Part shown: positions 11,150-20,375 of the stretch, in pieces | How positions within the stretch are numbered: the first letter of the stretch is position 1 | Layout: each line of letters opens with the position of its first letter | NCBI GenBank assembly: GCA_964651245.1 | Contig: CAZYVI010000008.1 | Span: forward strand, 51,437 to 115,436 | Length of the DNA: 64,000 nt | Reading direction: 5' to 3' | DNA from: an uncultured Anaerolineales bacterium | GTDB lineage: Bacteria > Chloroflexota > Anaerolineae > Epilineales > Epilineaceae | Made by a program: the position numbers and the translations under genes | The notes under the pieces: model-generated | Told to the model about the DNA's origin: nothing | What the model saw: the letters and a program-made list of their open reading frames with translations, nothing else | Database searches by the model: none

Positions 11150-13402
11150 TCAGCCGCCGTCGTCCGCGCCGTGCGCGGCGCCCGCGTCGGCGCCTGTCCC
11201 GTGGTCCATCCGGTCGCCGTAGATCGCCGGCATCGAACCGTCTTCGTTGGCCACGTCGAACTGGAACATCATCCCGGTCTCGAGGTGCTCGGCGATGTGG
11301 CAATGCACCATCCAGGCGCCCGGGTTCGTGACGTCCATGACCAGGTCGGCCGTCTCGCCGATCGGAACGAGGACGGTGTCCTTCCAGACGAGGTCGCGGT
11401 TCGGCACCCCGTTGCGGCCGACGACGACGAAGCGCTGGCCGTGGATGTGGATCGGGTGCTGCATCGGGTGGGCGCTGTCGGGCCGGTTGTGCAGGCGGAT
11501 CTTGACCTTGTCGCCGACGCGGAAGCGGTAGCGCAGCGCCTCGTTCTCGGCGCCGCTGGCGATGTCGCGCAACACCCAGCGCGTCTCGGCGGCTGTCGAC
11601 TGGCGGTTGGCGGCGAGCATGTCGTCCTCCCACTCGACGCCGCCGGCTGCGCCGTGGGCGCCGTCCTCGTCGTCGTGGACGTCGCCGGCGCCGCTTCCGC
11701 CGCTGTCGCCTGCCGCGCCACCGTCGGTGGTGAGCAGGCTCGGCATGTCGATGTCGAGCTCGAGTTCGACGTCGGGGGCGGCGAAGGCCAGGGCCAGGAC
11801 GTCGCGCATGTCGCCGACGACGTCGGTGTGGATGCGCTCGACGTCGAAGGCGCGGCGGACCGCGTCGTCCCTTCGGCCGGCCGTGGTCACCGTCACCGTC
11901 CCGAGGTCGTAGCGCCGGGTCGGGGTGTCGTGGACGAGCGTCGCCGGCCCCGGCCGATCGAACTGGACCTCGACGATGGCCCGCTCGGCCGGCGCGAGCA
12001 GGATCCGATCGAGGAAGACCTCCTCGGCGAACGCGCCGAGGTCGCCGCCGACGCGCTTCATCCGGGCGCCCTCGAAGCCGAACTCGAACGGTCGGACGTT
12101 GGCGACGTTGACGACGTAGAACCTTACGACGTCACCTTGTCGCACGTCGAGGTCGTAGCGGTCGCGGCCGTTGACGAGCATCGTGTTGCCGAAGCGGCCC
12201 ATGACCGTGAAGTCGGCCACGGGACCACCAAAGGGCACGAGCTCGCCGTCCTCGATGAGCACGTCGTCGAGGACGATCACCTCGTCGCGATCGACCGGGT
12301 TGAAGTAGCCCGGGTCGGACGCCTCGACGACGATGGCGCCGTACATCCCGCCGTCCTGCTGGATGTCCTCGCGGACGTGCGGGTGATACCAGTAGACGCC
12401 CGGATCGGGAAAGGTCAGGGTGTAGGTGTGGCGGCCACCCGGCGGCACGGCCGGCTGGGTCACGCCGGGCACGCCGTCGTCCTTGTTGGCGTGGCGCAGG
12501 CCGTGCCAGTGGATCGTGGTGGGCATGTCGATCGCGTTCGTGAAGTCGACCGTCACGGTGCTGCCCTGGGCCACCCGCAGGATCGGCCCGCCGACCTCGC
12601 CGTTGTAGCCGTAGCCCGGCACCGCGAGGTCGTCGATCGTGCGGGTGATCACGGTCGCCGCGATCTCGACCCGGGCGCCGTCGGCCAGGTCGAACGTGGT
12701 CACGGGCCGTTGCGGCTCGCGGCGCAGCCCGGAGCGCTGGCTGCCCGGCAGGATCGTCGGCCGCTCGGTCGGGCGCGCCGACGCGGCGCTGCTGCCTCGC
12801 TGGGCGCGGATCTCGGCCGCCAGCCGCTGGATGTCGGCTTCGGTGCAGCGGCCCATGATGATCCCGAACATCGCGTGGCAGGCCGCGCTCTTCATCGCGT
12901 TCGGGTCGAACGTGATCCCGTCGCCGAGGTCGCGGACGCCGTCGTCGGACGGGGCGTCGGCGGCATCGCCCACGTCGCTCGTCGGCAATTCGACCACGCC
13001 TTGACCGCCCTTCGACCGCACGAGCTCGGCCAGCACCGCCAGGTCGTCGTCGGTGCAGCGGCCCATGAGGACCGTGTCCATGCCGTGGCACGGGAAGTCG
13101 GCCATCTGGTTCGGGTCGTAGACGATCGGGCCGAGGCCGCCGTCGGACGGGACGACGACGCGGGTGGGGGCGGGGGACGGGTCGGCGTCGCGCTCCGGAT
13201 CGCCCGCAACGGCGGACGGACGCGACGCCGCAGGGTCGCCGTCCTCGGCCGCGCCGCGGGCGGCCGGCGCATCCGGTGTGTCGGTCGGGCCGGTCGTGCA
13301 GCCGCCGAGCGTGGCGAGCGCCACGGTCAGCGCGGTGATCCAGGCGCCACGCGACGCCAAGGAGAACGGATCGAGTCCGGTGTGGCGGAAACGAGACGAC
13401 AT
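11150..13402 (-). CDS. Multicopper oxidase lipoprotein with two N-terminal Cx10C His/Met repeats
   Basis: Lipobox LGGC. Motifs HWHG, WYHPH, HPIHIHG and HCHIAEHLETGMM give the complete T1/T2/T3 ligand set. Confidence 0.93.
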   Translation of the reverse strand: MSSRFRHTGLDPFSLASRGAWITALTVALATLGGCTTGPTDTPDAPAARGAAEDGDPAASRPSAVAGDPERDADPSPAPTRVVVPSDGGLGPIVYDPNQMADFPCHGMDTVLMGRCTDDDLAVLAELVRSKGGQGVVELPTSDVGDAADAPSDDGVRDLGDGITFDPNAMKSAACHAMFGIIMGRCTEADIQRLAAEIRAQRGSSAASARPTERPTILPGSQRSGLRREPQRPVTTFDLADGARVEIAATVITRTIDDLAVPGYGYNGEVGGPILRVAQGSTVTVDFTNAIDMPTTIHWHGLRHANKDDGVPGVTQPAVPPGGRHTYTLTFPDPGVYWYHPHVREDIQQDGGMYGAIVVEASDPGYFNPVDRDEVIVLDDVLIEDGELVPFGGPVADFTVMGRFGNTMLVNGRDRYDLDVRQGDVVRFYVVNVANVRPFEFGFEGARMKRVGGDLGAFAEEVFLDRILLAPAERAIVEVQFDRPGPATLVHDTPTRRYDLGTVTVTTAGRRDDAVRRAFDVERIHTDVVGDMRDVLALAFAAPDVELELDIDMPSLLTTDGGAAGDSGGSGAGDVHDDEDGAHGAAGGVEWEDDMLAANRQSTAAETRWVLRDIASGAENEALRYRFRVGDKVKIRLHNRPDSAHPMQHPIHIHGQRFVVVGRNGVPNRDLVWKDTVLVPIGETADLVMDVTNPGAWMVHCHIAEHLETGMMFQFDVANEDGSMPAIYGDRMDHGTGADAGAAHGADDGG

Positions 13403-13462
13403 GACGGCAGACCTCACATGGGTGGAAGCGTTCGGCGCGCTACGGCGCATGACAGCGTATGA

Positions 13463-13523
13463 TTGACCCCTCCCCCCAGGGGGGGCTATAGAGAGTCTAG
13501 ACACGACGACGGTCCGCTGTCAA
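13463..13523. promoter_or_regulatory. Divergent overlapping promoters sharing one C/G-tract operator
   Basis: + strand: TTGACC(13463)-N18-TATAGA(13487). - strand: TTGACA(13523-13518)-N18-TAGACT(13499-13494). Operator ACCCCTCCCCCCAGGGGGGGCTA at ~13466-13488. Confidence 0.65.
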
Positions 13524-13555
13524 CGGGACCCGCATCGTCAACAAGGGAGGCTGGG

Positions 13556-15625
13556 ATGTCCGAGACCCACGACGGCCATGCGGCGCACCGCCGGCCGGAG
13601 CGCGCTGCGGCGCGGGTGCCGCACGCCCACCACGACATGGCCGATGCCCGCTCCGCCGCGGCGATGGAGGCGGACATGCGCCGCCGCTTCTGGATCGCGC
13701 TTGCCCTGGGCATCCCGGCGATCGCCTACACCCCGATGGTCGGCCACGCGCTCGGACTCCGGCTGCCGACGCCGTTCGGTTTCCCGGCCGACTGGATGTC
13801 GCTGGCCTTCGCAACGCCCGTCGCGCTCTGGGCGAGCTCGGTGTTCCATGTGGGCGCGTGGCGGTCCGTCCGCTCGGGCGTCCTGAACATGAGCGTCCTC
13901 GTCTCGCTCGGCATCCTCGTCAGCTATCTGTTCAGCCTCGGCCTGACGTTCCTCGCTCCCGGCCAGGAGACGTTCTACGAAGCGGCCGTCATGCTCGCCG
14001 TCTTTCTCCTTTTCGGCCACTGGATGGAGATGCGCGCCCGCCGTGGCAGCACGGACGCCGTACGGCTGCTGCTCGACATGGCGCCCCAGCAGGCCACCGT
14101 CGATCGCGACGGCCGTCTCGAGACCGTGCCCGTCGGCGAGGTCGTCGTCGGCGACGTCCTCGTCCTGCGGCCGGGGGACAAGGTCGCCGTCGACGGCGAG
14201 GTCCTCGACGGCGAGACCGCGATCGACGAGTCCATGATCACGGGCGAGTCGCTGCCCGTGGCGAAGGCGGCGGGCGACACCGTCATCGCCGGCACGATCG
14301 GCCAGTCCGGCGCCGTCCGCTACCGCGCGACGAAGGTCGGCGGTGCGACGGCGCTGGCGCAGATCGTGGCGATGGTCGAGCGGGCGCAGAACTCGAAGGC
14401 GCCGGCTCAACGCCTGGCGGACCGCGCCGCCCACTACCTCGTGCTCCTCGCCGTCGGTTCGGGGCTGGCGACGTTCGCGGTGTGGACGCTCGTCGCCGGC
14501 GAGCCGCTGCTCACGGCGCTCACGTTCGCCGTCTCGGCTGTGGTCATCGCCTGCCCCGACGCGCTGGGCCTGGCCACGCCGACGGCGGTCATGGTGGCCA
14601 CCGACCTCGGCGCCAAGCACGGCGTGCTGTTCAAGGAGGCCGTGTCCCTCGAGCTCGCGGCCCGGATCGACGCCGTGATCATCGACAAGACCGGGACGCT
14701 GACCGAGGGACGGCCGCGCGTGACGGACGTCGTCGCCCTGCCGGGGCAGACCGAGGCCGACGTCCTCGCGCGCGCCGCGGCCGTCGAGCGCCGCAGCGGC
14801 CATCCCCTGTCGAAGGCGGTCCTCGACGAGGCCGAACGGCGGTCGCTCGACGTCCCGGCCGAGGTGGACGCCTTCGTCTCCATCGCCGGGCTCGGTGTCC
14901 GCGGCACCGTCGCGGGGCGCGACGTCCTCGTCGGCACGCTGCGCTTGTTCGAGCAGCACGGTATCGATGTCGCCGCCGTCGGCGAGGCCGCGGAACGGCT
15001 CCTGGCGGAGGGCAAGACGCTCATGCTCGTGGCCTTCGACGGCCGCGCCGCCGGGGTCATCGCCGCCACGGATCCGGTTCGGCCGACGGCCCGCGCCGCC
15101 GTCGACGGGCTGAAGGCGCTCGGCATCGACGTCGTCATGATGACGGGCGACAACCGTCACACGGCCGAGGCCGTGGCCAAGCAGGTCGAGATCGACCGCG
15201 TGGTGGCCGAGGTCCTGCCGGCGGACAAGGCCGGCGAGGTCGCCCGCCTGCAGGCCGAGGGACGGTTCGTGGCGATGGTCGGCGACGGCGTGAACGACGC
15301 GCCGGCGCTGGCGCAGGCCGAACTCGGCATCGCCATCGGCGCCGGCACCGACGTCGCGGTCGAGGCCGGCGACATCGTCCTCATGCGCTCCGACCCAGCC
15401 GACATCCTGCGGGCGATCAAGCTGTCCAAGGCGACCGTCACGAAGATGCGCCAGAACCTGTTCTGGGCCGCCATCTACAACGTGGTGGCGATCCCGATCG
15501 CGGCCGGCGTGTTCTACCGCTCGCTCGGGATCATGCTGCGTCCGGAGTTCGGCGCGCTGGCGATGTCGGCCAGCTCGATCACCGTCGTGAGCAACGCCCT
15601 CCTGCTGCGGCGGGCGAAACTCTAG
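13556..15625 (+). CDS. P1B-type heavy-metal (copper) ATPase, CopB-like, with His-rich N-terminus and CPD motif
   Basis: GGGAGG RBS and ATG 13556. Motifs TGES, IACPDALG, DKTGT, TGDN, GDGVNDAP, IYN and MSASS. Confidence 0.93.
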   Translation: MSETHDGHAAHRRPERAAARVPHAHHDMADARSAAAMEADMRRRFWIALALGIPAIAYTPMVGHALGLRLPTPFGFPADWMSLAFATPVALWASSVFHVGAWRSVRSGVLNMSVLVSLGILVSYLFSLGLTFLAPGQETFYEAAVMLAVFLLFGHWMEMRARRGSTDAVRLLLDMAPQQATVDRDGRLETVPVGEVVVGDVLVLRPGDKVAVDGEVLDGETAIDESMITGESLPVAKAAGDTVIAGTIGQSGAVRYRATKVGGATALAQIVAMVERAQNSKAPAQRLADRAAHYLVLLAVGSGLATFAVWTLVAGEPLLTALTFAVSAVVIACPDALGLATPTAVMVATDLGAKHGVLFKEAVSLELAARIDAVIIDKTGTLTEGRPRVTDVVALPGQTEADVLARAAAVERRSGHPLSKAVLDEAERRSLDVPAEVDAFVSIAGLGVRGTVAGRDVLVGTLRLFEQHGIDVAAVGEAAERLLAEGKTLMLVAFDGRAAGVIAATDPVRPTARAAVDGLKALGIDVVMMTGDNRHTAEAVAKQVEIDRVVAEVLPADKAGEVARLQAEGRFVAMVGDGVNDAPALAQAELGIAIGAGTDVAVEAGDIVLMRSDPADILRAIKLSKATVTKMRQNLFWAAIYNVVAIPIAAGVFYRSLGIMLRPEFGALAMSASSITVVSNALLLRRAKL
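15446..15585 (+). repeat. 140-bp exact direct repeat, copy 1 (3' end of the ATPase gene)
   Basis: ATGCGCCAGAACCTG...TCGATCACCGT is identical to 18003-18142 on base-by-base reading. Confidence 0.92.
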
Positions 15626-15657
15626 GACGTCGTCACGCCGCCGTGACAACGTCCTAG
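15622..15657. terminator. 16-bp stem hairpin overlapping the ATPase stop codon
   Basis: CTAGGACGTCGTCACG-ccgc-CGTGACAACGTCCTAG (one mismatch). There is no U-tract. Confidence 0.5.
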
Positions 15658-15767
15658 GGACGATGGAACGGGCATGCGTCTGGGTTGCCCCTGGCTCGGC
15701 CGCGCCGGTGACGCAACGCGCAGGCCCGCCGATCAAGGGAAGGCGAACGGCGACAGGAGGCCGAGTC

Positions 15768-17429
15768 ATGAAGGTCAACCGCCATCCCGCGATTCCCGCG
15801 TCTGCCGCCGCCGTCGCCGTTGTCGCGGCCGCCGCGCTGCGCCTTGGCCCGGCGATGCCGGTGTGGGCGCCGGCGCCACCTGTCCGCGCGCAGGGCGCGA
15901 CCATCTCCATCCGCATCGACACGGCCGCGCGCCACCAGGTGATGGAGGGCTTCGGCGCCACGACGATGCCGCTCGTGTACGGCGACGTCGACCCGCTGCC
16001 GCCGGCGCTGCGCAAGCAGGCGATCGAGGCGCTGTACCGAGACATCGGCGTGCGGACGGGGAACGTCGAGCAGGCGGTCCTCGAGAGCCCCGGCGACTAC
16101 GGCGCGCGGCGAAACGACAACGACGACCCGTTCGTCATCGACCCGGCCGGCTTCCAGTCGGACGGCCTGCGGCGCACCCGCGACAAGCTGCTCGCCGACG
16201 CGTTCGCCCTCGGCTTCGACGGCTACCTGGCCCAGAAGGTGAACGTCCGCTGGGCCAGCCCGTGGCTCGCGGCGATCCGCACGCGCGACCGCCGCCGCTA
16301 CCTGGACGAGGCGGCCGAGCAGGTGCTGGTCGGCGCGCGGGCCTGGCGCGACGTCGTCGGGCGGGCGCCAACGCTCATCCATCTGTTCAACGAGCCGACG
16401 AGCGGCAACGGCGAACTGCAAGGGGGCGACCCGGCCGAGATCGTCGACCTCATCATCGCCTGCGGTGACCGTCTGAAGGCAAATGGCTTTCCCGACGTGC
16501 GCTTCGTCGTGCCCAGCGAGGAGACGGAGCGGCGCTCGCTCGCGGTCATGCGGGCGATCACGGCCAACCCGGCCGCGCGCGCCTACGTCGGGGCGCTGGG
16601 CTACCACCCCTACCCGTACGGCTCGACGTACGCCTCGGTGCCGAACATCCTGCGCACGTCGGGCGATGGCAAGCCCGATCCGGCGGCCGTCGCGGTGCGC
16701 GACGAGCTGCGGGGCGTGGCCCAGGCGGCCGGCCTGCCGCTGTGGATGACGGAGGTCTCGCACGGCGAGCTCGACCCGCGCTCGTTCGATTCGCTGCGCG
16801 GCCGCGCCGTCCACATCCACGACGAGCTGACGTACGCCGACGCCTCGGCGTACTTCGGGATGAACAACATGTGGGACACGTGGTCCCATTCCGAGCACTT
16901 CAAGGGTCGCCAGGACGGCGGCCTCTATTCGGAGGCGGACACGCTCGTCCTCATCGACCTCGACCTCAACAAGGTGGTCATCACCGGCATGGGCTACGCG
17001 ATCGGCCACTGGGCGCGCTTCCTGCCGCGGGGCAGCGTGCGCGTCGAGGCGACGTCGGGCGACCCGCTCGTCCAGGTCACGGCGTTCCTCGACGAGCCGG
17101 CCGGCCGCCTCGTCCTCGTGGCGATCAACAACGACCACGACCCGCGCCCGATCGTCGTGGACGAGGCAGGCGCGGCATTGACCGGAGCCCTGGATGGCAT
17201 CCGGTCGATGGTCGACGTGCGCTGGGCGCCGCTCGACCCCGTGCCGGCCGCTCCGGGGGGCGGCTTCGCCGACGTGCTGCCAGGGCGGAGCGTGACGACG
17301 TACGTCGGGTCGATCGGCACCGCGGTCGGCCCGGAGCCGGCGCCTGGTGCGACGCCATCGCCCTCGCACCTCGCTCCGCCGACGTCATCCCATCGCCTGT
17401 TCGTCCCCGAAGCGCGCCGCTTCCCGTAG
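15768..17429 (+). CDS. Secreted GH30-like (clan GH-A) glycoside hydrolase
   Basis: AGGAGG RBS. Motifs QVMEGFGA, LFNEP (acid/base) and LWMTE (nucleophile). Pro/Thr tail ending RLFVPEARRFP. Confidence 0.8.
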   Translation: MKVNRHPAIPASAAAVAVVAAAALRLGPAMPVWAPAPPVRAQGATISIRIDTAARHQVMEGFGATTMPLVYGDVDPLPPALRKQAIEALYRDIGVRTGNVEQAVLESPGDYGARRNDNDDPFVIDPAGFQSDGLRRTRDKLLADAFALGFDGYLAQKVNVRWASPWLAAIRTRDRRRYLDEAAEQVLVGARAWRDVVGRAPTLIHLFNEPTSGNGELQGGDPAEIVDLIIACGDRLKANGFPDVRFVVPSEETERRSLAVMRAITANPAARAYVGALGYHPYPYGSTYASVPNILRTSGDGKPDPAAVAVRDELRGVAQAAGLPLWMTEVSHGELDPRSFDSLRGRAVHIHDELTYADASAYFGMNNMWDTWSHSEHFKGRQDGGLYSEADTLVLIDLDLNKVVITGMGYAIGHWARFLPRGSVRVEATSGDPLVQVTAFLDEPAGRLVLVAINNDHDPRPIVVDEAGAALTGALDGIRSMVDVRWAPLDPVPAAPGGGFADVLPGRSVTTYVGSIGTAVGPEPAPGATPSPSHLAPPTSSHRLFVPEARRFP

Positions 17430-17471
17430 CGCCGGCGCGTTCCGGCGGCCCATCGCAGAGGAGGTCAGACC

Positions 17472-17984
17472 GTGGAGCCCGATCTGTACTCGCTCCACCA
17501 CCGCAGCGAGGTCGTCGTCGCCCTCGATGCCGACACCCTATTCGCGATGCTGGACGACCACCGGCGGCTGGCGAGCCATATGGAGAGGCCGTCGTGGATG
17601 ATGGCGGGAGCATCGATGCGCGTCGAGACGGACGAGCGAGGCGGGCAGGCCGTCGGCTCGGTCATCCGGCTAGAAGGGCGCGTGCTCGGGCTGAGCCTGG
17701 CGGTGGACGAGGCGGTCACCGTGCGCGTGCCGCCCGTGCGCAAGACGTGGGAGACGCTCGGCGAGCCTCGGCTGCTGGTCATCGGCGCGTATCGAATGGG
17801 CTTTGCCATCGCGCCGTCCGGCACCGGCTCGCACCTCGAGGTGTTTATCGACTATCGGTTGCCCAGGCGCGGACCTAGCCGCGTCCTCGGACTCTTGTTC
17901 GGCCAGGTGTACGCCGCGTGGTGCACCCGGCGCATGTGTGCCGACGCCGCAGCGATGGCGGAGCGGACTGCGACCGACGCCTGA
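17472..17984 (+). CDS. SRPBCC/START-fold (polyketide cyclase-like) protein
   Basis: 170 aa after a GAGGAGG RBS; the pattern LFAMLDDHRRLASHM...YAAWCTRRM fits a small helix-grip fold. Confidence 0.6.
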   Translation: MEPDLYSLHHRSEVVVALDADTLFAMLDDHRRLASHMERPSWMMAGASMRVETDERGGQAVGSVIRLEGRVLGLSLAVDEAVTVRVPPVRKTWETLGEPRLLVIGAYRMGFAIAPSGTGSHLEVFIDYRLPRRGPSRVLGLLFGQVYAAWCTRRMCADAAAMAERTATDA

Positions 17985-18002
17985 CCGACCGGACGGTCGC
18001 AA

Positions 18003-18182
18003 ATGCGCCAGAACCTGTTCTGGGCCGCCATCTACAACGTGGTGGCGATCCCGATCGCGGCCGGCGTGTTCTACCGCTCGCTCGGGATCATGCTGCGTCC
18101 GGAGTTCGGCGCGCTGGCGATGTCGGCCAGCTCGATCACCGTGGTCGGCAACGCGCTGCGCCTGAAGCGGCTGCGGCTCTAG
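18003..18182 (+). pseudogene. Orphan 3' fragment of a P1B-ATPase gene (repeat copy 2 plus an alternative C-terminus)
   Basis: [12 protein letters not shown]...[17 protein letters not shown]. The first 140 bp are identical to 15446-15585; the tail then diverges from VVSNALLLRRAKL*. Confidence 0.85.
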
Positions 18183-18200
18183 CGCGCGGCGCGGGGCCTG

Positions 18201-20306
18201 TCAGCCGAGCCCCCGATCGCGCTTGCCCGCGGCCGGGCCAGACGGCACCAGGCGGCGGTCGAGGCGGCTCAGCTCGGCCGTGAGGGCCTGCACCGCGGTG
18301 CGCAGCGCGCGCACCCGCGGGTTGTGCTCGACGGCGCTCGGCCCATCCTCGGCCGCCTCGGCCTCGGCCTCGCCCAGCTCGAACCGCAGCGACGACAGCC
18401 GATCGCGTGCGGCGCGCTGGCGCAGTCGCAACACCTCGCTGCAGAAGCCGCGGACCGCCGTGGGCTCGTCGCTGGGCGGGCCGGCCAGGGCGCGGCGGCG
18501 GAGCTGCTCGGCCAGCCGGGCGTGGTCGTCCGGCAGGCCGTCGAGGCGGTGCGCATCGGGTGCATCCGGCGGAGCGGTGCCGTGGGCGGCGTAGCGGACG
18601 GCGGCGAGGAGGTCGCGCAGGACCGGCGTCGCGATGTCGTCGTCGTCCAGCGGCGGCTCGCCGAGGGCGCGCAGCGCCGCGTTGAGGGCGGCCAGGCGCG
18701 GCGGCGCGGCCAGCAGGAAGCCGACCACACGGCTGGCGTGGGTGTCGGGCGCGGCGGCGGGGCGCGTCGGCGGCGCGGCGTCGGTCGCGACCGACGCGTC
18801 GTGCTCGCCACCGGCCGAGGCCGCTGCATCGTCCCCGTCGGCGCGATCGGCTGCGCTGCTGGTTTCGGGCAGGGACGGTCCGTCGACGCCGACCACGGCC
18901 GGCACGCCGTCGGCGCGGCCTGCCCGTTCGCCGCCGCGCCGCGCGCCCGCCGGCGCCGGCCGGCGCCGCCCGACCTGCGCCAGCCGTGCCGCCAGCGCCC
19001 GCTCGTCGATGCGCAGCCGGTCGGCCAGGCGCGCCATCCAAGCGCTGCGGACGATCGGGTCGGGGATCTCGGCGATGATCGGGACCAGCCGCTCGGCCGC
19101 GGTCTGCTTGGCGCTCGGGTCGTTCAGGTCGAGGTCGGCGGTCAGGGCGTCGAGGAGGTAGGCCAGCACCGGCACGGCGTCGGCCACGAGACGGCGCCAA
19201 GCGTCGGGATCGGCGCGGATGACGTCGTCGGGGTCGCGGCCGGCCGGCAGGATGGCGACCCGGAGGTCGACCTCGAGCGTGCTGGCGAAGCGGACCGCGC
19301 CGCGCGCCGTCGGCACCGGCACGACGTCGCCGGCGGCGGCCTCGCGCACGACGTCGAGGCCGCGGATCGTGGCCGCCTGGCCGGCGGCGTCGGCGTCGAG
19401 GGCCAGGACGATGCGCTTGGCGAAGCGCTTGAGCAGCGCCACGTGGTGCTCGGTCAGCGACGTGCCGAGGCTGGCCACGACGTTCGTGAAGCCGGCCGCG
19501 TGGGCCCGGATCGCGTCGGTGTAGCCTTCGACGACGACGGCCTCGTCGCGGTCGCGGATCGCCTGGCGGGCGCGATCGAGGGCGAACAGCGTGCGGCCCT
19601 TGTCGAAGATCGCCGTCTGCGGGCTGTTGAGGTACTTCGGCACGCCGTCGGGGTCGAGGGTGCGCGCCCCGAACGCCACCGGCTCGCCGCGGATGTTGTG
19701 GATCGGGATCGTGACGCGGTTGCGGAAGTAGTCGTAGAAGCCGCCGCCCTCGCGCTCGCGCAGCAGGCCGGCCGCGGCGAGCTCGGCGTCCGTGAAGCCC
19801 AGGGCGCGCAGATGGTGGCCGGTCTGGTCCCAGCTGTCGGGCGCGAAGCCCAGGCGGAACGCCTTGGCCACGTCGGAGCCGAAACCGCGCCGTGCCAGGT
19901 AGTCGCGGGCGGCATCGGCTTCCGGCGCGCGGCGCAGCAGGCCGTGCCAGTACTCCGCCGCCGCCAGCACCGCGTCGCGCAGCCGCTTGGAGCGCTCGAC
20001 TTGGGCCTGGGCCTCGGGCGTGGGCGGCGCGAGGTCGACGCCGGCGCGGCGGGCCAGGAGCTCGAGCGCGTCGCGGAACGGCACGTTCTCGACGCGCATC
20101 ACGAAGTCGAACACGTCGCCGCCGGCGCCGCAAGCCCCGAAGCAGCGCCAGGTGCCGCTGTCCGGGAACACGATGAAGCTGGGCGTCCGCTCCTGGTGGA
20201 ACGGGCAGCACGCCTTGAAGTTGCGGCCGGCCTTCTTGAGCGGAACATGCTCGCCGACGAGCTCGACGAGGTCGATGCGGGCGCGGACGTCGTCGATGGG
20301 CGTCAT
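18201..20306 (-). CDS. dnaG: DNA primase
   Basis: Zn finger CCPFHQERTPSF...WRCFGAC, KYLNSPQT, and TOPRIM VVEGYTD / LALDADAAG. Confidence 0.97.
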   Translation of the reverse strand: MTPIDDVRARIDLVELVGEHVPLKKAGRNFKACCPFHQERTPSFIVFPDSGTWRCFGACGAGGDVFDFVMRVENVPFRDALELLARRAGVDLAPPTPEAQAQVERSKRLRDAVLAAAEYWHGLLRRAPEADAARDYLARRGFGSDVAKAFRLGFAPDSWDQTGHHLRALGFTDAELAAAGLLREREGGGFYDYFRNRVTIPIHNIRGEPVAFGARTLDPDGVPKYLNSPQTAIFDKGRTLFALDRARQAIRDRDEAVVVEGYTDAIRAHAAGFTNVVASLGTSLTEHHVALLKRFAKRIVLALDADAAGQAATIRGLDVVREAAAGDVVPVPTARGAVRFASTLEVDLRVAILPAGRDPDDVIRADPDAWRRLVADAVPVLAYLLDALTADLDLNDPSAKQTAAERLVPIIAEIPDPIVRSAWMARLADRLRIDERALAARLAQVGRRRPAPAGARRGGERAGRADGVPAVVGVDGPSLPETSSAADRADGDDAAASAGGEHDASVATDAAPPTRPAAAPDTHASRVVGFLLAAPPRLAALNAALRALGEPPLDDDDIATPVLRDLLAAVRYAAHGTAPPDAPDAHRLDGLPDDHARLAEQLRRRALAGPPSDEPTAVRGFCSEVLRLRQRAARDRLSSLRFELGEAEAEAAEDGPSAVEHNPRVRALRTAVQALTAELSRLDRRLVPSGPAAGKRDRGLG

Positions 20307-20375
20307 GGCGGCAGTATAGGCGCGGGCGGGCGAACGATGCGCCGCGCCCGGCGCGGTCGGGACGCCCCCAACGAC

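Noticed and set aside
7985-13105. CH dipeptide in the repeat as a c-type haem site
   Set aside because: There is no Cys three residues upstream (no CxxCH) in any copy.
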